This document shows positions 25,789 through 33,327 of a stretch of 34,815 nt of DNA, piece after piece. The stretch is taken from positions 1 to 34,815 of the forward strand of contig JACREW010000002.1 of assembly GCA_016212685.1 (NCBI GenBank). The letters are read 5' to 3'. How positions within the stretch are numbered: position 1 is the stretch's first letter; every line of letters begins with the position of its first letter. The position numbers and the translations under genes were made by a program. The notes under the pieces were generated by a model, which saw only the letters and a list, made by a program, of their open reading frames with translations, was not told the DNA's origin and ran no database searches. The stretch comes from Nitrospirota bacterium. Lineage in GTDB: Bacteria; Nitrospirota; Thermodesulfovibrionia; Thermodesulfovibrionales; Dissulfurispiraceae.

Positions 25789-26637
25789 ATGTCTTTTATA
25801 GAAAGCGGCATAGAGCATTTAGGAAAGGTCATTAAGACCGGTTATGTCCAGTGGGAACTGGCGTCCGGAAACGGATTTTTTCAGAGGCTTGACGCGCGGA
25901 TAAAAGTGCTTTTCCTGATTTTCTTTATCGTTATTGTAAGCCTCAAAAGGGAACTGCTGCCTGAAATTGCGATAGCTTTTTTTGTTTTCAGCCTGACATT
26001 CGCATCGAGATTAAACATTTTGAATTTCTACGGCAGAGTCCTTTTTTTCGGATTCGTTTTCGGTTTTCTTATTGCCATGCCTTCGGCTTTCAATGTCATC
26101 ACAAAAGGAGATATTATCCTGCCTCTAATACATTTTTCAAAACCTTATGATTTCTGGATATACCATATTCCCGCAACTATCGGCATTACCGAAGAGGGAA
26201 TTTCAACGGTCGCCATGCTTACTCTCAGGGTTATAAATTCGGTGTCGCTGTCTTTTCTTGTTCTCTATACCACGCCGTTCCTGGACATTATCAGGGCATT
26301 GAAGGTTTTTAGAGTGCCTGATGCCGTTTTAATGATTATAACCCTGACATACAAATATATTTTTATTTTCGCGAAGACGATAGAGGATATGCATCTTGCA
26401 AAGAAGAGCAGGACAGCGGGAGGCATCGGCAATAAAGAGGCGAGGGAATGGATCGCGGGAAGGATTGCATTTATGTTCAAAAAGAGCCGGCAGAGGTGCG
26501 AGGATGTTTTTAATGCTATGATTGCGAGAGGGTTTTCGGATACGGTTGCGATTTACGGTTTTAAAAAAATGAATAAGCGGGATGCGGCTGCGGGGTGCGT
26601 ATTATTTTCGGCGGGCATTATATTTTTATGGATATAA
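25789..26637 (+). CDS. cbiQ: ECF transporter transmembrane (T) component CbiQ
   Basis: Multi-TM protein with the conserved coupling region A.KSR.... and ARGF (HLAKKSRTAGG...MIARGF). Confidence 0.85.
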   Translation: MSFIESGIEHLGKVIKTGYVQWELASGNGFFQRLDARIKVLFLIFFIVIVSLKRELLPEIAIAFFVFSLTFASRLNILNFYGRVLFFGFVFGFLIAMPSAFNVITKGDIILPLIHFSKPYDFWIYHIPATIGITEEGISTVAMLTLRVINSVSLSFLVLYTTPFLDIIRALKVFRVPDAVLMIITLTYKYIFIFAKTIEDMHLAKKSRTAGGIGNKEAREWIAGRIAFMFKKSRQRCEDVFNAMIARGFSDTVAIYGFKKMNKRDAAAGCVLFSAGIIFLWI

Positions 26638-26649
26638 TTGTGTTAACAA

Positions 26650-26780
26650 AACATAGGACAAGGCATTTCCGCTCATTCTCGAAAGGCATCCGAGCCTTTC
26701 TCCGAGGCTGCGCCAGCCCGCTTAATCATCCGTGGTACGCTTTGGGCTGCCGAAGCCGCTTCAATGCCTTATCCTATGTT
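26650..26780. repeat. ~130-bp structured element with 18-bp terminal inverted repeats in the cbiQ-cbiO spacer
   Basis: aacataggacaaggcatt (26650-26667) pairs with aatgccttatcctatgtt (26763-26780) with 1 mismatch. Internal hairpins include gaaaggc-atccga-gcctttc and cagccc...gggctg. Confidence 0.6.
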
Positions 26781-26802
26781 TCGAATATATAACGGGAGTG
26801 CT

Positions 26803-27612
26803 ATGGAAAATATCATAAAGATTGAAAATGTGAGCTATAAATATTACGACAAAATACCTGCGCTTGAGGACGTAAGCCTTCCGATAAGAGAGGGCGAGAA
26901 GTTTGCCGTTATAGGCGCAAACGGGAGCGGCAAATCGACGCTTCTTCAGATAATGAACGGCCTCATATATCCATCAAGCGGGCGCGTGTTTTTCAGAGAC
27001 AAAGAGGTATCGGAGAAAACATTAAAGGATAAAGAGTTCCTGAAATTTTTCAGGGAGAAGGTGGGATATGTGTTTCAGGACTCGGACATACAGTTATTTT
27101 GTCCGACTGTTCTGGATGAGCTGCTTTACGGCCCTATACAATTAGGGCTTAACGAAAATGAGGCTATTGATAGGGCGCACGAGGTAATGCAGATGCTGAA
27201 TATAGAAAACCTGAAAGACCGTCCCTCGTATATGCTTTCCGGCGGAGAAAAGAAGAGGGTCGCAATAGGCTCCGTATTGACTATGAATCCGGATGTATTG
27301 CTCTTTGATGAGCCCACAAACGGCCTCGATCCGAGGACGCAGTGCTTTTTAGTTGAGCTGCTTTTTGCGCTCAGCGAGGCCGGGAAAACCATTGTTATCG
27401 CGACCCATGATCTGTCATTGGTGGACGAGTTGCATACAAGAGTTGCCGTGCTTTCAGAGGATCACAGGCTTGAAAAAACAGGCAGCGCGGAAGATATTTT
27501 AAAGGATGAGGAATTGCTCTTAAAGGTGAATCTTGTTCACGAGCATATGCATTGCCACGGACCATCGGCGCATAAGCATATACATTCGCACTATTTATTT
27601 CACAAACATTGA
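26803..27612 (+). CDS. cbiO: ECF transporter ATPase CbiO with His-rich C-terminal tail
   Basis: Walker A GANGSGKST, signature LSGGEKKRV, Walker B LLFDEPTNGLD. The tail is HEHMHCHGPSAHKHIHSHYLFHKH. I chose the start at ATG 26803 (GGGAG RBS) over 26764. Confidence 0.9.
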   Translation: MENIIKIENVSYKYYDKIPALEDVSLPIREGEKFAVIGANGSGKSTLLQIMNGLIYPSSGRVFFRDKEVSEKTLKDKEFLKFFREKVGYVFQDSDIQLFCPTVLDELLYGPIQLGLNENEAIDRAHEVMQMLNIENLKDRPSYMLSGGEKKRVAIGSVLTMNPDVLLFDEPTNGLDPRTQCFLVELLFALSEAGKTIVIATHDLSLVDELHTRVAVLSEDHRLEKTGSAEDILKDEELLLKVNLVHEHMHCHGPSAHKHIHSHYLFHKH

Positions 27613-27828
27613 AAGGGAGCATATGGATGGCAGGCATACCTCAAAACCTTTAATAATGCGATGAGATTATTAGATAGCCTGTTTATGCTATTTAATTTAA
27701 AAGTGATGCTGAAGTTGCCCTTAAACGGCGGGAGGGTTCGGCACAAGGTATCGCGATTAAAGGTTTTTCGGCATACCCGCCATCCATATTAAAAATATCC
27801 GATTGCGGATTATGGGAAAGGAGAATAT

Positions 27829-28041
27829 ATGAACGAACTCGATAAGTTGAAACACCTTTTGCATCGCTGGAAGGAGCATAATGACGAGCATGCGGAGACT
27901 TACAGGACATGGGCGGAGAAGGCAGCAACGCTCGGTAATAAGGAACTGTCGGAGGTTCTCGATAAACTTTATCATGAGACGAGAAAGATGAACGGGCTTT
28001 TTGAAGAGGCTATAAAGGCAATCCAAGTTGAAAAATCATAA
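27829..28041 (+). CDS. Small helical His-rich protein of unknown function
   Basis: 70 aa with a GGAAAGGAG RBS. The sequence is KHLLHRWKEHNDEHAETY..., with no recognisable family. Confidence 0.5.
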   Translation: MNELDKLKHLLHRWKEHNDEHAETYRTWAEKAATLGNKELSEVLDKLYHETRKMNGLFEEAIKAIQVEKS

Positions 28042-28115
28042 AGGCATATGCTATAAAGTCTGTAATTTTGAGGCATGAAAATTCTTGAGAGGAGGAGGTG
28101 GTTAAAGTAAGTACA

Positions 28116-28150
28116 AAACACTAAACACTAAATGCTAATACTTAATATGG
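28116..28150. repeat. Five tandem heptamers (aaacact aaacact aaatgct aatactt aatatgg)
   Basis: Read directly from the sequence. The array lies immediately upstream of the riboswitch. Confidence 0.7.
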
Positions 28151-28345
28151 CTTGATGTCAGGGAAGAGGAGTGCCACTTTAATGTGAATTCTCCCGCTGC
28201 CCCGCAGCCGTGAAGGGAACGAAAGCCCAATTAAAAGCCACTGTCATGGGTAATATCATGATGGGAAGGCGGGCAAGTAGAAGGCATCACCTGTTTGCAT
28301 GAAGCAATCAGGTGATAGATGCCCTGAGCCGGAAGACCTATCCAG
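28150..28345 (+). ncRNA. Cobalamin (B12) riboswitch
   Basis: Core elements occur in the canonical order: GGGAAG..GGAGTGCC..AATGTGAATTCTCC, GCTGCCCCGCAGCCGTGAAG, AAGCCACTG...GGGAAGGC, and the B12-box-like GAGCCGGAAGACCTATCC. It lies just upstream of a TonB-dependent receptor. Confidence 0.75.
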
Positions 28346-28394
28346 ACCATACATCTTACAAAATCCAAATCAAAATTTCCCGAGGGAGGAAAAG

Positions 28395-30644
28395 ATGAAA
28401 AGACTTTTATCTTTATTCAATCGCATCACGCATTACGCATCACCCATCACGGTTGTTTTGCTTGCCTTTAGCCATCTGCCATTCGTCCTTACCCTGTTTG
28501 CTGTTCCTGTATTTGCACAGGGGAAGACCACATCTTTAGAAGAAATCGTAGTCACTGCCACGAGAACGGAAAAGGAATTGACGTCTGCACCCGGCAGTGT
28601 CTCGGTCGTAACCAAAGAAGACATTGAGAAAAGGAATATCAAGACGGTTGATGAGGCTTTGAATACTACTGCCGGTGTTTTTGACAAACGCGGCAAAGGG
28701 TTGATGGATCTAATGTCTTCTGTTACTCTCCGTGGAATCCCATCTCAACAAAGAACGCTCATTTTAATGGACGGCATTACCCTTAATGACTCCTACTCAG
28801 GAGGAGTCCGCTTTGACGGCATGGCTGCAGAAAATGTGGAGCGAATAGAGGTTGTAAAGGGCGCAGCTTCAAGCCTTTACGGCGGCTATGCAATGGGCGG
28901 CGTTGTAAACATTATCACAAAGATGCCTGAAAAACGGGAATTTACCCTTAAGACAGGTTATGGCTCAAGCTGGGAAAGGGGAGAGGCCATGGATGATGTA
29001 AGGAAGTTTTATCTATCCTATGGCGATAAGTTTAAAGACAAACTGAGCCTCTTTGTAAGTTATGGCTATAGGACAACAAACGGCTATCCTGCGGACTTTA
29101 ATGTCCAGAGCAGCAAGCCAACAGCAGGCATCACAGGTTGGTCTTACACAACAAACAATCAGGGACAGACGCGCTATCTCATCGGCGATAAGGGTGACAA
29201 CAGATGGTGGGACGATAATATCACATTAAAGGCTGGGTATAACTTTTCTAAGACATCTAAGGTCAATCTCTCCTTTATCAGAACCAGCTACGAATACAAC
29301 TATGACGAGCCGCACACCTATCTCAAAAATTCTTCAGGCAATCCTGTATGGTCATACGGGACTATAAGGGAAGCATCCTTTCTTTCAGGCAGCGGAGGCA
29401 GGGAGCAGAGTATTTACAACATCGGCTTTGAAACGGAATTTTCAAAGGTTAAAACAAAACTGACTTTAGGGATGGTTGATAATGGGAAAAACTGGAATGT
29501 TACACCCGGTACTACTGCATCCACTACAAGAACAGGCGGTCCGGGCAAGGTAAGCGAGACACCATCACAAAGCTATAATGCTGATATTCAATTTACCGTG
29601 CCGGTATTTGACAGGCATATACTGACCTTTGGCGGCACCTTCAGGCATGGATGGGCAGATACAAAGGAGCATAATCTCACGAACTGGAAGGATGAAGACT
29701 CAAAGACCACTTTAGCATATCAATCAAAAGGTAAGGACAGGACTTATGCCATGTTTTTGCAGGACGAGATAATGATTCTGAATAACCTCACTGCTTACAT
29801 CGGCTTCAGGCAGGACTGGTGGGAGACCTATGACGGCTATGTGGATCAGGTCGGCACGGCTGGTTATCCAAAGGAATACGATTCAAGAAATGCCTCTGCC
29901 TTCAGTCCAAAGGCTGCAATTGTTTACAAGCCTTTTGAAAAAACGACTCTAAGGACATCAATAGGAAAGGCATTCAGGCCGCCAACGGTTTACGAACTCT
30001 ACAGGACATGGACATCATCATCGGGAGTTACTTACGCTTCAAATCCTGATTTAAAGCCGGAGACCACCACATCATGGGATATAGGGATTGAGCAGGGCTT
30101 ATGGAAAGGCGCAAAGATAAAGGCTGCATATTTTGAAAACTACATGGAAGACCTTATCTACAGAAAAACTGTTTCATCAACCTATCAGGAATCAATAAAT
30201 GCAGGAAAGGCAGAAAGCAAGGGGGTTGAAATCGAAGCTGAGCAGAGATTTGATAAATGGCTCAGGCTTTTTGCCAATTTCACTTACACCGATGCAAAAC
30301 TGAAGGAGAATAATGCAAAGCCTGAGACAGTCGGCAAGAAATTAACGGATGTGCCTGAAAGGATGTTTAATGCAGGCGCTGAGTTTGAGAAAGGCCTGTT
30401 CTCTGCTTCATTGACCGGACGGTATGTGAGCAAGAGATATTCCAACGATGAAAACAAAGACACGGTGAACAATGTCTATACCTCATACGACCCTTATTTT
30501 ACAGCAGATGCAAAGGTCTCTTATAAACTTACAAAGTTTGCCACTCTTTCTTTCTCTGTGGACAACATCTTTGATAGAGACTACTTCGCTTATTACAAAG
30601 CGCCGGGAAGATCATGGTTCGGGGAACTGACATTAAAGTTTTAG
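28395..30644 (+). CDS. TonB-dependent outer-membrane receptor (BtuB-like size)
   Basis: Start at ATG 28395 (GGGAGGA RBS). The listed upstream extension overlaps the riboswitch. The signal peptide ends in VFAQG. It has the TonB box/plug LEEIVVTATR, the plug motif RGIPSQQRTLILMDG, and a terminal aromatic residue (...ELTLKF). Confidence 0.9.
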   Translation: MKRLLSLFNRITHYASPITVVLLAFSHLPFVLTLFAVPVFAQGKTTSLEEIVVTATRTEKELTSAPGSVSVVTKEDIEKRNIKTVDEALNTTAGVFDKRGKGLMDLMSSVTLRGIPSQQRTLILMDGITLNDSYSGGVRFDGMAAENVERIEVVKGAASSLYGGYAMGGVVNIITKMPEKREFTLKTGYGSSWERGEAMDDVRKFYLSYGDKFKDKLSLFVSYGYRTTNGYPADFNVQSSKPTAGITGWSYTTNNQGQTRYLIGDKGDNRWWDDNITLKAGYNFSKTSKVNLSFIRTSYEYNYDEPHTYLKNSSGNPVWSYGTIREASFLSGSGGREQSIYNIGFETEFSKVKTKLTLGMVDNGKNWNVTPGTTASTTRTGGPGKVSETPSQSYNADIQFTVPVFDRHILTFGGTFRHGWADTKEHNLTNWKDEDSKTTLAYQSKGKDRTYAMFLQDEIMILNNLTAYIGFRQDWWETYDGYVDQVGTAGYPKEYDSRNASAFSPKAAIVYKPFEKTTLRTSIGKAFRPPTVYELYRTWTSSSGVTYASNPDLKPETTTSWDIGIEQGLWKGAKIKAAYFENYMEDLIYRKTVSSTYQESINAGKAESKGVEIEAEQRFDKWLRLFANFTYTDAKLKENNAKPETVGKKLTDVPERMFNAGAEFEKGLFSASLTGRYVSKRYSNDENKDTVNNVYTSYDPYFTADAKVSYKLTKFATLSFSVDNIFDRDYFAYYKAPGRSWFGELTLKF

Positions 30645-31402
30645 CGCGGAAGAGATTTCCGTTAGCTGTTTCGCTGTTGTTTCATGCGGCTGCGATAGCG
30701 CTTGCCTTTTCAATTGCTGGACATGAAAGAGAGACGGTCTTTACAGTGGAGCTAAAGGAAATGGGCTGGAAAGATTTTGCAAAAGTCATCAATAAGGACA
30801 CATCGCACAGGAGAATTATGGTCAATCATAAGGAACCGGAGACTTTTACAGCGGGCAGCAGAAGGCAAAGCACTGATGCCGCGCTTCCTGCTTCTTATGA
30901 GCAGAGACCAGTGCAAAAGCATGATGATGAGAAAATGCCCGAGGGTCAGGAATTCATAGGCACTCCGGCAGTCGTTAATCCGGCGGCAGTTATTGACGCT
31001 GTGAAGCTTTTTTCCGGAGGTCAGATGGCTGCTCGTGTTTCTACTCCATCCGGTATCAAAGAGAGCGAAGATACAGGTAGGATTTCAACGGCTGTCCGGG
31101 CAGCAAAGGAGATAGCGAAGGGCGAATTCGGTTCACTGAACGGCCCTTCTTTTTTGAAGATGATCCGTCCTGAATATCCTCGTCTTGCCAGAAGGCTCGG
31201 CAAAGAGGGAAAGGTGCTTTTAAGGCTTTTCATTGATGAGCATGGAAGACTTGTAAGTGTGGAGATAGTTGAAAAGGCAGGGCATGGCTTTGATGAGGCA
31301 GCAATTGATGCTGTAAAGGCATCTACCTTCAGGCCTGCGAAATTAAATGGGCATTCGGTGGCATGTAAGGCAGTGCTGCCGATCAGGTTTAGGCTTGAGT
31401 AG
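30614..31402 (+). CDS. tonB: TonB-family energy transducer
   Basis: N-terminal TM with SxxxH (VSLLFH), a linker, and a C-terminal TonB domain (RPEYPRLARRLGKEGKVLLRLFIDEHGRL..VEIV...GFDEAAIDAVKASTFRPAKLNG). Confidence 0.82.
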   Translation: MVRGTDIKVLARKRFPLAVSLLFHAAAIALAFSIAGHERETVFTVELKEMGWKDFAKVINKDTSHRRIMVNHKEPETFTAGSRRQSTDAALPASYEQRPVQKHDDEKMPEGQEFIGTPAVVNPAAVIDAVKLFSGGQMAARVSTPSGIKESEDTGRISTAVRAAKEIAKGEFGSLNGPSFLKMIRPEYPRLARRLGKEGKVLLRLFIDEHGRLVSVEIVEKAGHGFDEAAIDAVKASTFRPAKLNGHSVACKAVLPIRFRLE

Positions 31403-31617
31403 CTGCCGGCATGGTGTGCGTCTATCTTTAGCAAAATTAATTAGTCGCTTGTAGTAGATGAAGAGCAAAGCAGAATATGAAAGGTTTCTCAGTGCAGAGC
31501 TAAGAGGCAGTCGTTACTTTGCCCCTCAGAGAACCCAGAAATTTTGCTAAATCCAGCCGCCCACCTGCTGATAGTTAATTGCAGGTGAGCAGGCTACAAA
31601 TTTGAATAAGTGAGGTG

Positions 31618-32334
31618 ATGACTATGGATTTGAGCATTGTTTTGTGGATGGGAGGTATGCTTTTCAGCCTCGGCATATTTGCCGTAAAAGTCGGCTTTGG
31701 GCTTAGTTTCGGGAGAATGAAATGGAAGGGGTTATTTCTGACTCTTTCTTTATATCTCGCCCTTTTTATTCTTATTGCCATACTCTCGGAACAATTAATC
31801 AAAATCCTTGAGCCTATTCTGAAAAAAGGTCCATATCTCCATGCATTAATGGCAACAGGCATGATTGTGTGGGGAGTTCTTTTGCTCAGAAAACAGAAGA
31901 CAGGAGCCTCCCAACCTCTTAACCTCTCAACCTCTTCTCTGTTGTTATTGATTCCCTGCCCTGTCTGTCTTACTGCCATGACATTTTCCACATGGGCGGC
32001 TCTAAGCGTGATTAAACTGCCGTCTCTCATTGTGGGCATAGGACTGGGCGTTATCTTTGTCCTTTTGACCCTTGCAATTGTGGGTCTGACCCGCATCAAA
32101 CAGACTTCAAGCCCTGAAATCAGTCTGGGACTCGGCATGATTGCAATCGGGCTTTATTTCATGGCTTCTCTGTATCTTCCCGCCAAGATTGAGGAGGCAA
32201 AAGGAGTATATAAATCATTTCTCACCGAAGGCGGCAATATTGCCCTGAATAATAGTATCGGCGTATTTGCACTGCTTTTTGTTACCTTGGTTATTGGTTA
32301 TCTGACAAATAAAAAACGGGAGGTTAAAAAGTGA
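31618..32334 (+). CDS. Polytopic membrane protein, DUF2162-like (predicted transporter) with CPVC motif
   Basis: About 7 hydrophobic segments and LLLLIPCPVCLTAM. Possible starts are GTG 31615, ATG 31618 or ATG 31624. The family assignment is from memory. Confidence 0.6.
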   Translation: MTMDLSIVLWMGGMLFSLGIFAVKVGFGLSFGRMKWKGLFLTLSLYLALFILIAILSEQLIKILEPILKKGPYLHALMATGMIVWGVLLLRKQKTGASQPLNLSTSSLLLLIPCPVCLTAMTFSTWAALSVIKLPSLIVGIGLGVIFVLLTLAIVGLTRIKQTSSPEISLGLGMIAIGLYFMASLYLPAKIEEAKGVYKSFLTEGGNIALNNSIGVFALLFVTLVIGYLTNKKREVKK

Positions 32335-33011
32335 ATATACTTGCAGGTCTCGAAACATTTCTCTATGTAATATCATCCGCCCTCTTTTATCCGGTAGTTG
32401 CTGGGCTTGTGCTTCTTACATTCTGGATAGTTATTTCCTTCGGCAGCTTTCTGAGGGAGTACATAGATAGAAAGCAGGGGAATTCTTCTGTATTAAACAG
32501 GTATAAAAAGACTCTTGAATCTGAAATTCAATTATTCCATGTCATTGCGAGGGACGGAGTTCCGAAGCAATCTCAAAACGAGATTCCTCGCTTCGCTCGG
32601 AATGACAGCAAACAACATAATGATGCCCTCGATATAAGACTTGAAAGGTTTCTGCAGGAGGCAGAACTCGGACTCATTAAATCCCTTGATAAAATCAGGT
32701 TTGCTATTCGTGTTGGTCCTGCCCTTGGCTTGATGGGCACACTGATACCGATGGGCATCTCCCTTTCCGCCCTTGCACAGGGAGATATGCCTAAAATGGC
32801 AGGAAGCATGGTTACGGCATTCACAACAACTGTTGTAGGACTTGCCTGCGGTGTAGCTGCTTATCTCATGTCACTTGCAAAGGAAAAATGGGTCAGGGCG
32901 GATATGAGGGAAATGGAATATCTCACTGAGCTAACGCTTAGAACACAGAAGGCAGAGGTCAGAAGTCAGACTACAAAGGAGAATGAAGATGAGATTTATG
33001 AAGAGGCGTAG
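32331..33011 (+). CDS. MotA/TolQ/ExbB-family proton-channel protein with in-frame repeat insertion
   Basis: C-terminal channel motifs GPALGLMGTLIPM and MVTAFTTTVVGLACGV. The GTG start overlaps the upstream stop (GTGA). Confidence 0.75.
   Translation: MNILAGLETFLYVISSALFYPVVAGLVLLTFWIVISFGSFLREYIDRKQGNSSVLNRYKKTLESEIQLFHVIARDGVPKQSQNEIPRFARNDSKQHNDALDIRLERFLQEAELGLIKSLDKIRFAIRVGPALGLMGTLIPMGISLSALAQGDMPKMAGSMVTAFTTTVVGLACGVAAYLMSLAKEKWVRADMREMEYLTELTLRTQKAEVRSQTTKENEDEIYEEA
32541..32606. repeat. gtcattgcgag...cggaatgac palindromic element inserted in-frame in the ExbB-like gene
   Basis: It translates as VIARDGVPKQSQNEIPRFARND and lies in the loop between TM1 and the channel domain. Confidence 0.8.
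32954..32974. repeat. Three tandem heptamers (agaggtc agaagtc agactac) at the 3' end of the ExbB-like gene
   Basis: Read directly from the sequence. It translates as AEVRSQTT. Confidence 0.6.
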
Positions 33012-33327
33012 AAGGTTTGATAAATATGAGCAGCCGCTTGAAGACCCTATATCAGGAGTCGCCAATCTTTTTGATGCAAGCGTTGTCTTTATTGTGAGCA
33101 TGATGGTCGCCCTCTTCATGGCCTACAACATGCTGGACCTGCTTGACCCGAAATCAGAGGTGACGATTACAAAAAAGAGTGCCGACGGAAAGATAGAGAT
33201 TGTCACAAAAAAGGGCAAGGAGATTAAGGTTCAAAAAGTGACGGATAAACGATTGGGCGGCGAGGGGGAGAGACTCGGAACAGCGTATCAGCTTAAGGAT
33301 GGGAGGGTTATTTATGTGCCTGAGTAG
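32989..33327 (+). CDS. DUF2149-like single-TM protein (possible ExbD-analogous partner)
   Basis: It contains DPISGVANLFDASVVFIVSMMVALF followed by a soluble tail. In-frame ATGs occur at 32983, 32989 and 32998. ATG 32989 has the best spacing to the AAGGAG RBS. The family assignment is from memory. Confidence 0.6.
   Translation: MRFMKRRRRFDKYEQPLEDPISGVANLFDASVVFIVSMMVALFMAYNMLDLLDPKSEVTITKKSADGKIEIVTKKGKEIKVQKVTDKRLGGEGERLGTAYQLKDGRVIYVPE

Noticed and set aside
27613-27828. Possible NiCo (czcD-type) riboswitch downstream of cbiO
   Set aside because: I could not match the region to the NiCo consensus from memory. NiCo riboswitches usually control exporters. I keep it only as an unexplained structured region (see findings).
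28299-28394. N-terminal extension of the TonB-dependent receptor ORF (MKQSGDRCPEPEDL...)
   Set aside because: This stretch overlaps the 3' part of the cobalamin riboswitch, including the B12-box-like GAGCCGGAAGACC. ATG 28395 has a GGGAGGA RBS and yields a proper signal peptide.
31575-32138. 187-aa minus-strand ORF
   Set aside because: It is antisense to the DUF2162-like membrane protein gene, which is translationally coupled to its neighbours. It has no signal of function.
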